Assembly: GCF_004010195.1 (NCBI RefSeq)
Contig: NC_057718.1
Span: forward strand, 68,554,812-68,618,811
Reading direction: 5' to 3'
Length of the DNA: 64,000 bases
DNA from: Chiloscyllium plagiosum
Lineage: Eukaryota
This document shows, one piece after another, positions 12,303-24,857 of this stretch (position 1 is its first letter; every line of letters starts with the position of its first letter). A model generated the notes under the pieces. The model did no database searches. It saw only the letters and a program-made list of their open reading frames with translations, and had not been told where the DNA came from. The position numbers and the translations under genes were made by a program.

Positions 12303-14820
12303 TTTTTTATGGGATGTGGGCGTTGCTGGCCTGCCTTGCATTTGTGAAGGTGGGGGTGAGCTGCTTTCTTGAATCACTACCTGCTGTGGTTTGACCCACA
12401 ATGCTATGAGGGACAGAATTCTGGGATTTTGACCTCACAATAGTGAAGGGATGGCAAGATATTTCCAAGTCAGGATGGTGAGTGGCTTGGAGGAGAACTT
12501 GAAGATGATGGTGTTCCCATGTATCTGCTACCTTTGTCCTTCTAGATGGAAGTGGCCATGGGTTTGAAAGGTGCTGTCTGAGGATCTTTGGTACATTTCT
12601 GCAGTGCATCTTGCAGATAGTACATACTGCTGCTCCTGAGTGTCAGTGGTGGAGGGAGTGGACGTATGTGGATGTTTTGTTCTTATTTATTAATTTGTGG
12701 GATATGAGCTTCACTGGCTGGCCAGCATTTATTGCCTGCCCTTAGTTACCATTGAGAAGGTAACTCCGATTCAAGGTTCTTGAACTGCTACAGTCCACCT
12801 GCTTTGGGTTGACCCACAATGCCATTAAAGAGGGAATTCCAGGATTTTAATCCAGACACAGTGAAAGAACAATGATATATTTCCAACTTAGGATGGTGAG
12901 TGGCTTGGAGTGCAGTTTGAAGGTGGTGATGTTCCCATGGATCTGCTGTCCTTGTCTTTCTAGATGGAAGTGGTCATGGGTTTGGAAGGTGCTGACTGAG
13001 GATCTTTGGTGAATATTTACATTGCATCTTGTAGATGGTATACAATGCTGCTACTGAGTGTCAGTGTTGAAGGGAGTGGATGGTTGTGGATGGAATCTAG
13101 AGGGCTGCTTTGCCCTGCATGATGTCAAGCTTCTTGAGTTTTGTTGGGGCTGCACTCATCCAGGCAAGTGGGGAGTCAGGAGGTGAGTTACTTGTCGCAG
13201 TATTCCTAGCTTCTGACCTGCTTTTGTAGTCATTGTGATGAGTCCATTTGCATTTCTAGTCAATAATAACCTTCAGGATGTTGATACTGTGGGATTCAGT
13301 GATAGTAACACCATACAATGTCAAGGGGTGATGGTTAGGTTGTCTTTTATTGATGATGGTCATAGCCTGGCATTTGTGTTGTGCAAATGTTCCTTGCCAC
13401 TTGTCAGTTCAAGCCTGGATATTGTCCAGATCATGTTGCATTTGAACATGGACTGCTTCAGTATCTGGGGAGCCTTGAATAGTGCTGAATATTTGTGCAA
13501 TCATTGGTGAACATCCCCACTTCTGACATTATGATGGAGGGAAGGTCATTGATGAAGCAGCTGAAGATGATTGGGCTGAGGACATCACCCTGAGGAATCC
13601 CTGCAGAGATGTCTTGGAGCTGGGATGACTGACCTCCAATAACCATGACCATCTTCCAACCACTGGACAGTTTGCCCCCGATACCCATTGATTTCAGTTT
13701 GATTAGGGCTCCTTTATGCCACACTCAGTTGAATGCAACTTTGATGTCATATGTTGTCACTCTCACCTCACCTCTGGAATTCTGAGCTTTTGTCCATGTT
13801 TGAACCAAGGCTGTAATAAAGTCAGGAGCGGAGTGGCCCTGGCTGAACCCAAACTGGGTATCAATGAGCAGGTTATTGCTGAGCAGATTCTCCTTGATAG
13901 AATTATTGATAATACCTTCTATCAGTTTACTGATGTTCAAGAGTAGACTGAAGGGGTGTTAAGTGGCTGGGTTGGACTTGTCCTGCTTTTTGTGTACAGG
14001 ACATATCTGGGCAACCTTCCACTTTGTCGTGTAAATACTGCTGTTGTAACTGTACTGGAAAAGCTTGGTTCAGTGTATAGCAAGTTCTGGAGCTCAAGTC
14101 TTCAGTACTATTACCAGAATTGACAGGGGCTGTAGCCATTGCAGTATCCAATATTGCCAATTATTTCTTGAAATGACATGGAGTGAATCAATTAAAGACT
14201 GGTAACTGTAATACTGGGGACCACTGGAGGAGGCTGAGATGGATCGTCCACATCGCCCTTCTGGCTGAAGATTGCTGCAAAAACTTCAGCCTCATCTTTT
14301 GGACGGATATGCTAGGCTCTTCCATCATTGAGGAAGGGGGTATTTGTGGAGTCTGCTCGTCCAGTAAATTGTTTAATCATTCACCACCATTCAGGATTGG
14401 ATGTGGTAGGATTGCAGAGCTTACATCTGATCCATTGGTCATGGGATTGCTTAGCTCTCTCGATCACTTGCTGCTTATGCTTCTTGGCATGCAAATAGTC
14501 CTGTTTGGTGGCAACACCGTGTTGACATCTCACCTTCATATATGCCTGGTGCTGCTTCTGGTAAGCCATCCATGGTTGATCCCCTGACTTGATGGCAACG
14601 GTTGTCTGGAGGTAATGCCAGGCCATGAGGTTACAGATTGTGCCTCATGAATGCCCAGTCTTGAGTTAGAACACAGAACATGTAACATAGAACAGTACAG
14701 CACAGGAATGGGGCCTTCAGCCCACAATGGTGTGCTGAACATGACGTCAAATGCAACTAATCCATTCTGATGAGTTGCTAGATCTGTTTCAAGACTGTCC
14801 CATTTAGCATGGTGTAGTGC
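12303..14820 (-). mobile_element. LINE-B: two tandem 3' ends (12303-12675 and from 12685) plus RT
   Basis: PQGDVLSPIIFSCFINDLPSIIMSEVGMFTND; QFGFSQGHSAPD; gcccacatccc-type tail. Confidence 0.85.
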
Positions 14821-15045
14821 TAATCAAGCAGACTGCTTTGTCCTGGATGGCGTCAGGTTTCTTAAGTGTTGTTGGGCTGTACTCATCCATGCAAGTGGGG
14901 ATTATTCTGTCATATTCTTCACTTGTGCTTTGTAGATGACAGACAGGTATTGGGGAGTAGGAGGTGAGTTACTCGCTATAGTACTCCCAGCTTCTGACCT
15001 GCTCTTATAGCTTGTGTTAATGTGGTGAGTCCAATTGAATTTCTA

Positions 15046-16012
15046 CTGAAAAATGTGTTGCTGGAAAAGCGCAGCAGGTCAGGCAGCATCCAAGGAGCAG
15101 GAGAATCAACGTTTCGGGCATAAGCCCTTCTTCAGGAATGAGGAGGGTGTGCCAAGCAGGCTAAGATAAAAGGTAGGGAGGAGGGACTTGGGGGAGGGGT
15201 GTTGGGAATGCGATAGGTGGAAGGAGGTTAAGGTGAGGGTGATAGGCCGGAGAGGAGGTGGGGCGGAGAGGTCGAGAAGAAGATTGCAGGTTAAGAAGGC
15301 GGTGCTGAGTCCGAGGGTTGGGACTGAGATAAGGTGGGGGGAGGGGAAATGAGGAAGCTGGAGAAATCTGCANNNNNNNNNNNNNNNNNNNNNNNNNNNN
15401 NNNNNNNNNNNNNNNNNNNNNNNNNNNNNNNNNNNNNNNNNNNNNNNNNNNNNNNNNNNNNNNNNNNNNNNNNNNNNNNNNNNNNNNNNNNNNNNNNNNN
15501 NNNNNNNNNNNNNNNNNNNNNNNNNNNNNNNNNNNNNNNNNNNNNNNNNNNNNNNNNNNNNNNNNNNNNNNNNNNNNNNNNNNNNNNNNNNNNNNNNNNN
15601 NNNNNNNNNNNNNNNNNNNNNNNNNNNNNNNNNNNNNNNNNNNNNNNNNNNNNNNNNNNNNNNNNNNNNNNNNNNNNNTCCCCCCACCTTGTCTCAGTCC
15701 CAACCCTCGAACTCAGCACCGCCTTCTTGACCTGCAATCTTCTTGCCGACCTCTCCGCCCCCAGCCCCTCTCCAGCCTATCACCCTCACCTTAACCTGCT
15801 TCCAGCCTATCGCATTCCCCACGCCCCTCCCCCAAGTCCCTCCTCCCTACCTTTTATCTTAGCCTGCTGGACACACTTTCCTCATTCCTGAAGAAGGGCT
15901 TATGCCTGAAACGTCAATTCTCCTTCTCCTTGGATGCTGCCTGACCTGCTGCGCTTTTCCAGCAACACATTTTTCAGCTCTGATCTCCAGCATCTGCAGT
16001 CCTCACTTTCTC
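15046..16012 (+). mobile_element. PLE family-1 fold-back element
   Basis: Inverted arms either side of a gap; TSD ccaattgaatttcta at 15031-15045 and 16013-16027. Confidence 0.9.
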
Positions 16013-16200
16013 CCAATTGAATTTCTAGTCATGATAACCCCCAGAATGCTGATACTGTGGCTTTAAGTGATGGTAACACGTTGTTCTTGATTCTATTGAA
16101 GATAAAAGTGTGGTAGTTAGATTGTACATTATTGGAAATAGTCAAAGTATTTGTGTGCCACAAATGTTACTTGCTACCTATGAGCCCAAGCCTAGATATT

Positions 16201-16409
16201 AGGAGAAAGTGAGGACTGCAGATGTTGGAGATCAGAGTTGAGAGTGTGGTGCTGGAAAAGCACAGCAGATCAGGCAGTATCCGAGGAGCAGGAGAATTGT
16301 CATTTTGGATATAAGCCTCATTCCTGATGAAGGGCTTATGCCCGAAACCCTGATTCTTCTGCTCCTCGGATGCTGCCTGACCTGCTGTCCTTTTCCAGCA
16401 CCACACCCT
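16201..16409 (-). mobile_element. PLE family-1 mini palindromic element
   Basis: TSD caagcct(a/g)gatatt at 16187-16200 and 16410-16423. Confidence 0.9.
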
Positions 16410-16435
16410 CAAGCCTGGATATTGTCCAGATAAAG

Positions 16436-18060
16436 CCATAGAGTCATAGAGATATAGCATAGAAACAGACTGGGTCCAACTTATTCATGCCGGCCAGACG
16501 TCCTAAATTAATCTAGTCATTTTTGCCAGCATTTGGCCTATATCCCTCTTAACCCTTCACATTCATAAATCCAGCCAGATGCCTTTAAAATGCTGTAACT
16601 GTTCCAACTTCCACCACTTCCTCTGGCAGCTCATTTCATACATGCACCACTCTCTGCATGAAAGGTTGCCCCTTAGGTCCCTTTTAAATCTTTCCTTGCT
16701 CACCTTAAACCTATGTCCTCTAGTTTTGGACTCCCCCACCCCAGGGAAAAGACCTTGTCTATTTATCCTTTCCATGTCCCTCATGATTTTATAAACCTCT
16801 ATAAGATCACCCCTATGCCTCTAATGCTCCAGGGAAAACAGCCCCAGCCTATTCAGCCTCTCCCTATAGTTCAACCCTCCAACCCTGGCAACATCCTTGT
16901 AAATCTTTTCTAAACCTTTTTGAGATTCATAACATTCTTCCTATAGCTGGGAGACCAGAATTGCATGCAGAATTCCAAAAATAGCCCAATCAACTATACA
17001 GATTCAATGTGATCTCCCAACCCCTGTACTCAATGCACTGCCCAATAAGGCAAGCATACCAAATGCCTTGTTCACTATCTTATCTACCTGAGACTCCACT
17101 TTCAAAAACTATGAACCTGCATTCCAAGGTCTCCTTGTTCAGCAACACTCCCCGGGACTTTACCATTATGTGTACAAGTTCTGCCCTAATTTGCCTTTCC
17201 AAAATGCGTCACCTCACATTTATCTAAATTAAACTCCATCTGTCACTCCTCAATGCATTGGCCCATCTGATCAATATCCTGTTGTACTCTGAGGCAACCA
17301 TCTTTGCTGTCAACCACACCTTCAATTTTGGTGTCATTTGTAAACTTACTAACCACTCCTCCTGTGTTCACATCCAAATTATTTATATAAATGATTGAAA
17401 AGCAGTAGACCCAGCACCGATCCTTCTGGCACACCACTGGTCACGGGCCTCCAGTCTGAAAAACAACCCTCCACCATCACCCTCTGTCTTCTACCTTCAA
17501 GCTAGTTCTATATCCAAATACTTAGTTCTCCCTTTGTTCTGTGTGATTTAACCTTGCTAACCAGTCCACCATGAGGAACTTTGTCAATTGACTTACTGGA
17601 CTCCATATAGATCACATCCACCACGCTGCCCTCATCAATCCACTTCATCACTTCTTCAAAAAACTCAATCAAGTTAGTGAGACACAATTTTCCATGTACA
17701 AAGCCATGTTGAGTAACCCTAATCAGTCCATATTTTTCCAAATACATGTAAATCCTGGCCCTCAGGATTCCCTCCAAGAACTTGCCCATCACTGAATGTA
17801 GACTCACTGGTCTATAGTTTCCTGGCTTTTCCTTACCACCTTTCTTAAATAATGGCACCACATCAGCCACCCTCCAGTCTCCTGTCTCACCTGTGACTAT
17901 CAATGATAGAGATATCTCAGCAAGGGGACCAGCAATCACCTCCATGGCTTCCCACAAAGTTCTAGTCTTCACCAGCTCAGGCCTTGGGGATATATCCACC
18001 TTGATGCATTTTAAGACGTCCAGCACCTCCTTCTCTGTAATATGGACATTTATCAAGATG
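16436..18060 (-). mobile_element. CR1 family C, 5'-truncated RT
   Basis: ORF 17508-18143 has PGNYRPVSL..QHGFVHGKLCLTNLIEFFE; family tail at 16436. Confidence 0.9.
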
Positions 18061-18289
18061 TTGCTCTTGTTGCTTTTGTGCATGGGCTTCTTCAGTATCT
18101 GAGGAGTAGTGAATGGTACTGAACATTGTCCGATCATCAACAAACATCCCCACTTCTTTCCTTATGATGAGAGGAAGGTCATTGAAGAAGTAGCTGAAGA
18201 TGGTTGCGCCTCAGACAGTACCCTGAGGAATTCAAGCAGAAATATTCTATAGCTGCGATAACTGACCTCTCCAACAACCATGACCAATC

Positions 18290-18612
18290 TTATCAGGCGT
18301 ATGGACAGGGTGTATAGAGAGCAGCTATTCCCCTTGGTTCAGGGGAGGGCATAGTTTTAGGGTGTGGGGTGATTCAGAATGGATTTGGAAAAATGTACTT
18401 TCACTGAGAGGGTGGTGGGAATCTAGAATACACTGTCTGGGAAGATGGTGGAGGCCACAAATATTACAACCTCTAAAAGCTTTTTGGATGAGCAATTCAA
18501 ATATTACAATATTCAAGGATACAGGACAAGTGCAGGAAATTGGGATTTGTGGGCCTTTGGTGCTAGCTCGGTCAGTGCACCCTTTCTGGCTGTGCGAATC
18601 CATGAATCTATA
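18290..18612 (+). mobile_element. CR1 3' end fragment
   Basis: CR1 3' UTR-like sequence with an (aatctat)-type tail. Confidence 0.6.
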
Positions 18613-20321
18613 AATCTTTGAATGTGTCAGGTATGACTCCAATCCTCAGAGAGTTTGCTCCCTGACACCCATTGATTCCAGTTTTGTTAGAGGTCTCCTG
18701 AATGCCACACTCAGTTGAATGTTTCACCTTACTTCTGGAATTTAGCTCTTTTGTCCATGTTTGAACCAAGGCTGTAATGAGAAGTGGAGTGGCCCTGGCG
18801 GAACCCAAACTGGCCCATCATTGAGCAGATTATTGCTGAGCAGGTGTTGCTTGGTAGCACTAATGATGACACCTTCCATTAATTTACCAATGATCGAGAT
18901 TAGACACAACGGGTGGTAATTGGTTGGGTTGGATTTGTCCTGCTCTTTATGTATAGGACTTATGTGGGCAATTTTCCACATTGTAGGGCAGATGTAGTGT
19001 TTTAACTGTACTGGAAGAGCTTGGATAGGGGTGCAGCAAGTTCTGGAGCACAGGTTTCAGTATTATTGCCAGAATTTGGTCAGGGACCTTAGTCTTTGCA
19101 GTATCCAATGTTTCCAACTGTTTCTTGATATGATGTGGAGTGAATCAAATTGGCTGAAAACTGGTATCTGTACGGCTGGGGACCTCTGGAGGAGGCTGAG
19201 ATGGATTGATTGCTGTGAAAGCTTCAACCTTATCTTTTGCACCGTTATGCTGGGTCTTCCACTATTGTGTGTGGTGATATTTGTGGAGAATCCTCCTCCA
19301 GTGAGTTGTTCAATTGTACATCACTAGTCGCAGCAGAATATGGCAGGACTACAGAGCTCAGATGTGATGTGTTGGTGTGGGCTTGCTTAGCTCTGTCTAT
19401 CACTTGCTGCTTATGCTGTTTGCCATGCAAGTAGACCTGTTTGGTAGCTTCACACTTCATTTTCGGTTGTGCCTGGTGCTGCTCCTGCACTCTCCATTGA
19501 ACCAGGGATGATCCCCTGGCTTGATGGTAATGGTTGAGTTGGGGATATGCCAGGCCATGAGGTTACAGATTGTGCTGGAGTTGAATTGTGCTGCTGTTGC
19601 TGGCCCACAGTGTCTCATGGATGCCCAGTCTTGAGTTGCTAGCCTTGTTTAAAGTCTGTCCCATTTAGCTTGGTGATAGTGCCACACAACACGATGGAGG
19701 TTATTCTCAATGTGAACGTAGGACTTCAATTCCTCAAGGACTGTTCGTAGTCACTTTTACTTACACTGTCATGGAAAGATGCATCTGTAGCTGCCAAATG
19801 GGTAACTGGAGGTCAAGTATATTCTTCTTCATTGGTTCTTCTCTTGTTGGTTCCCTTACCACCTGCTGCAGACCCAGTCTAGCAGCTATGTCCTTTAGCA
19901 CCCGATCACTAGTACTGTTGCTGAGCCACTCTTTGTTGTGGGCATTGAAATCCTTCACCCAGATTACATTTTGTGCCCTTTCCATCCTTCGTGCTTCCTT
20001 CAAGTGTTATTCAACATGGAGGAGTACGGATTCATCAGCTGTGGGAGGATGGTACATTGTAATCAGCAGGAGGTTTCCTTGTCAATGTTTAACCTGAAGC
20101 CATGAGACATCATGAGGTCCAGAGTCAATGTTGAGGACTCCCAGGGCAGCTCCCTCTTGACTGTATACCACTGTGCCTCTATCTCTGTTGGGTTTGTCCT
20201 GTCAGTAAGCTATGTCCACTGATTGTATGATGATGACTGGGACATCGTCTATAAGTATGATTCCATGAGTATGACTATGTTAGGCTGTTGCTTCACTAGT
20301 CTGTGACAGCTCTGCCAATTC

Positions 20322-21065
20322 TTTTAGGGTTAGCATTATTTCCTTGCTTTTCTACTCTAAGCATCTATTTATAAACTCAAGGATCCTCTCAGCCCACTTA
20401 ACAACTGTTTCAATTTACCTGGTGACTTTCAGAGAATCATGCACATGAACTCAGATCTCTCTGGTCCTATACTTCCCTCAAAGTTGTATCATTCAGCCTG
20501 TATTGTCTCTCCATGTTTCTTCTACCAAAGTACATTAACTCACATTTCTCTGCATTGAATTTAATCTGACAGATGCCTGCCATTTGGGCAACTTATTGAT
20601 GTCCCTCTAAGTTACTCAGCATCATCCTCACAATTCACTGTTTAGTATCATCTGCAAATGTAGAGATTTCCTTCCTCAATACCCATCTCCAAATCATTTA
20701 TATAAATCAGAAAAGGCAAGGGTCCCGACACCAGTCCTTGGGGAACACCACTTTCAATCTGTCTCCAATCTGAGAATGATCATCCATATCTATCTACTGT
20801 TTTCTATCTTTTAGCAAACTTCTAATCCATGCTGCCAAGGACTCCTCAATCCCAAACATTTCTAATTTACTAAGCAAATGGCCTATGGTACATGTCAAAT
20901 GCTTTTTAAAAGTCCAATTTTGCAACGTCCATAGCACTGCCTTCATCCAGTACCTGTGTCATCTTGACAAACAACTCAATTAAACTTGTCAGGGATGACC
21001 TACCCTTGATAAAACCATGTTGACTGTCTAGTATTAACTTATTTTTCCCCAATTACCTGTTTACC
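20322..21065 (-). mobile_element. CR1 RT fragment
   Basis: Reverse strand encodes GVPQGLVSGPL and FADDTK-like motifs. Confidence 0.75.
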
Positions 21066-21074
21066 AGCTGTTGC

Positions 21075-21420
21075 TTGTGTCCATGCACATGCACAGTGAT
21101 GGACACCAGTTCAACTGGGACAGCGTATCCATCCTGGGATGGGCTGGGCAGAGACGTGCACGGGAATCCCAGAGGCCTGGCATTCAGCCCGAAGCTCCAT
21201 TGGCAAGCATGTGGAGTTGAACCTAATGTGCCAGCCACTGGGAATCAGAGCCAGCAGCGGGGCCAGAGGTGATGCCACCAGCGCCAGCAGACCCAGACAC
21301 ATGGGGTGGCAAGTGAGACAGAACGATGGCGTTCACTAGAGGTGCACCGATGATGTTGCCTTGAGTGGTGATGAAATGTCCATGAACAAACTTACCAGCT
21401 CAGTAAGCAAGTCAACAACC
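21075..21420 (+). mobile_element. PLE 3' fragment of a third family (Poseidon-like)
   Basis: HQFNWDSVSILGWAGQRRARE..EAWHS GIY-YIG C-terminus; degenerate hammerhead at 21347-21380. Confidence 0.7.
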
Positions 21421-23157
21421 TTTTCCCTTTAACCCTGCACATTACTCCTTTTCAAATCATTCTCTAATTCCCTGTTGAATTAATTAGCATAATAGTCCAG
21501 CTAACTGTTTGAGCGCTTCTATATTAAGCAATCCAGTTACTGCAAGGTCAATTTTAGAATTCCAATTTGTGATTCATTCTGCAATTATTATAATATTTTT
21601 ATTTCATCCCTATTTCTTTCAGTCCCCCAAAAATTTATGCCCTGACTACCCTCCCTCTCCCTCTTAGCATATTAACATGCTGATTCTTTTTTCTTGTCTG
21701 GAGTACTCATTGCATATTTAACATAATTTAATTACTTTTGATTTAACAAGGTCTTGAGACCTTTGCTTTTAATCTATCGCCAGAGACAGATTGCATATTT
21801 GTGCAAACACCTGTATGTTGGACTGTCAAGTGTCTGATCACTTGCTGTGATTATGATTTTAGAGGGAAACAGCTCAGTCTAGCTTGCTGCTTTGTAAACT
21901 GAAAACCTCCCAAAAAGCTACTGCTGTTGATAAATACTTGGACCTCCTCTCCTTCTTGAAATGAAACATTTGTCTTCAGCAACAATCTTTCAAGCTTTGG
22001 CTTTTTTTTATAGGTTCTAGTTTTCATTGTTTGTTGAGAACTCGTCAAATGCTTTTTGGCTAACTCATATACTTTGAAATACTCAGATATCTGACAAAGT
22101 CAACTTTGATAAATAAATTTTCCTTTAATTAACTTAAGGTTTCCTCTCACATCATACCTAAATATCAGTTCAAAAATATGGAATCCTTTTCAGTGCATTC
22201 TTAATGACAAACAAAAACAGGCAATTCTTTACCTCAGTCCATAGAACATCCTGGACAATAGACTCTAATCAGGATATCTCGAATTTGATGCCAACTTTCT
22301 AATGTATTCTGGACAGGGGATAGTAAAGTGGAAATGGAAATTGTTTTATTCCTTAATTATTCATTATTTATTTGAATATATATGACAAAGAAATTGAACA
22401 TTGATCTGATTGTATTTCCTTAGGTAATCCAAAACTTGTAAGAAATTGAACCAGCAACTACAAATAACTACTATAAATATTTCATAATTTTCTCCAAACA
22501 TATTGTCTCAAGAAATCTTGACAAAATATCCATCATTATTAAAAGGTAATGATTCTCACTCCTGGTTTTAAGTAGAATTCATATGCAATCTGTTAAAAGC
22601 TGACTTAATAGTTCTTTAAAAGTTGGTATTGGAATTAAGAGTGCAGCTTTTATCAATGGATTTCCTCACTACTTAATGTGTGGCATTTCTTGCAAAATTT
22701 GAAGACATCTTTATGCAATCCTAGCATAATATGCTTAATATTTTAGCCTGTTTTTATTAATACCTGAGTGACCTCACATTGGAAGTTCATGAGCCGCTCA
22801 TAAAATCTCATTATGATACAAAAATAGTACCACCACTGAGAGACTACAGCCTATTCTTCATCAGTCAGTATTAGAGGTGATCTCCATTTTCTCATAAACA
22901 TTTTGCCTTTTAAATAATAACTCTCTGCTATTTGTTCTAATTCAAATTCTAAGCAGGCTGTTTGTCGCTTTCTTAACTCAGGACACATAAGGTTCAATTG
23001 TATCAAAGGACACCAAATACCATTCTACATTAGAGGTATTAGATAAATATTTTAGCTCAATTCTCTTTACCTTCCTCCTCTGTTCTATACGTTTTTGATA
23101 ATAGTGTCAGTAATTGAATTTCCACAAAGTCTCCCTTTTGTAATGACTCTTCCTCCT

Positions 23158-23360
23158 GGAATCATAGAATCTCCACAGTGTAGAAGCAGTCCATTGGTCT
23201 ATCGGGTCTATACTGACCCTGCGAAGAGCATCCCACCCAGACCCACCATATCCTGGTAACCCTGCATTTCCCATAGTTATCCACCAATCCTGCACATCCC
23301 TGGACACGATGGGCAATTTAACATGGCCAATCAAGCTAACCTGCACATCATTGGACTCCT
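23158..23360 (-). mobile_element. HE1-type SINE, 5'-truncated
   Basis: gggcaatttaacatggccaatc..ctgcacatc..tggac. Confidence 0.8.
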
Positions 23361-23539
23361 GTGGGCCTGATATATAGTCACAACATAGAAAGGAAACAAT
23401 TCAGGATTGTTTTTGTCAGTTTCTTTTATTTCCCATGTTTGTTTCAACATCCTTGGCAAGTCAACCACAATGCTGTATGCCTGGAGACATATGTAACCAT
23501 GATGAGGTAAGGAAGGCAGTTCCCCTCCCTAAAAAACTT

Positions 23540-23940
23540 GATACACCCCTACTGGATTGATTGAGACTATATTTACTGGAACTTAGAAGAATAGTGGTGG
23601 GGTGACTTCTTATAGAAACCTACAAAATTCTCACAGGCAAGATTGGGTAAACACAGGAAGAATGTGCCTGATGACTAGGGAGTCCAGAACCAGGGATCAT
23701 AGGGAGAAATTTCCTAACCCAGAGACTGGTGAGCCAGTGGAATTCTCTGGCACAGATATGGTTGAGGCCAAAACATTAAATGTTTTCACGATTTCTAAGG
23801 GCTAAAAGAAGCAAAGGATACCAGGAGAAAGCAGGAACAGGGTACTGAATTAGATGATCAGTCAAGATAATATTGAATGACAGAACTGGCTTGAAGGGTC
23901 AAATGGCCTACTTTCACACTTATTTTCTATATGTTGATGT
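23540..23940 (+). mobile_element. CR1 3' fragment
   Basis: ESRTRDH, VEAKTLNVF and CR1 3' UTR. Confidence 0.7.
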
Positions 23941-24857
23941 TACCTGTGGATGTTTTAGGAATTCGTACTACTCCCATTTAAATTCTAGGAATTAGCTTTA
24001 GTATGTTTGGTTTTATTACAATGGAAACATTTTTTTTTCTGTTTCACTTTTAGATTCAAGCCTTTCTCCTTTATAATTTACACATCCTTCTGAAATCAAT
24101 GTCACAGGCTCCAGACCACCAGTCATGGTATATTGCCACCCAATGCTTCAGTGATCAAAACACTTATTCCACAGTGTTTATATTTCTCTTTTAAATTCTA
24201 CAGATGTTTAATTAGGTTTTTTTTTCCGAAGTCCTATATTTTAATTGATAAGCTTCAGTGTCAAACTCATAAACATGGAATATTGTTTTCTTAACAGCTT
24301 CATAGTTTACAGACTATTCTTTTGCCAAACTGGCGTACACATTCCTAACTGCACCTTATTTGGACATTCTGTATCATTAAGATCCAAGGACCATTTGGCC
24401 ACTTCAACCTCACAGCCATCTTGTCAAATGAGATGAAATATCTTTCAACTTCATCTTCTGGAAATTCAGACCATAAACAAAGATTTCTACCTAAATCAAA
24501 TTCTTGAATGGAATCAGAATCATCCTGTGAAGTACTATCTGTTCTTTCTTCCTTTATTCTAAACTTTTCTCTCCCCAACTAATGTTTATGATTTCCTTTT
24601 CTCTTTAGAGTTCAAGGTTTTTAATTTCATTTCCTTTCCACTTCTCTTTCTCATCTCTTTTTGTTTCAGATTTTCTTTCTTCTTTGTTTCTCTTTACGTT
24701 TTTCTTTTCTTTCTTTCAATACATATATTATAATCTCTTTTTCTTTGTTAGCCTCTAATTCACCTTTATATTTCCGAACTGAATAATAACTAATTCTGGT
24801 GATATCACTCATTTGACCCATGGTTGCTGGATATTCACTCTAAGCATCTCATCCTTA

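Larger units (their letters stand above)
14820..20320 (-). mobile_element. LINE-B long copy broken by PLE and CR1 insertions
   Basis: Pieces at 14820-15045, 16013-16435, 18060-18290 and 18620-20320; QNVIWVKDFNAH, WKIAHISPIHK. Confidence 0.8.
21600..24857 (-). mobile_element. Gmr1-like element gag and integrase remnant
   Basis: FPEDEVERYFISFDKMAVRLKWPNGPWILMIQ (gag); AHELPM.GHSG..FCKKCHT (HHCC); IPIPTFKELLSQLLTDC..HYLLIMMDILSRFLE (core); STPDKK..HVNMLR. Confidence 0.8.

Noticed and set aside
21851..22048. Possible host exon on the minus strand
   Set aside because: Lies within the collinear Gmr1-like integrase remnant
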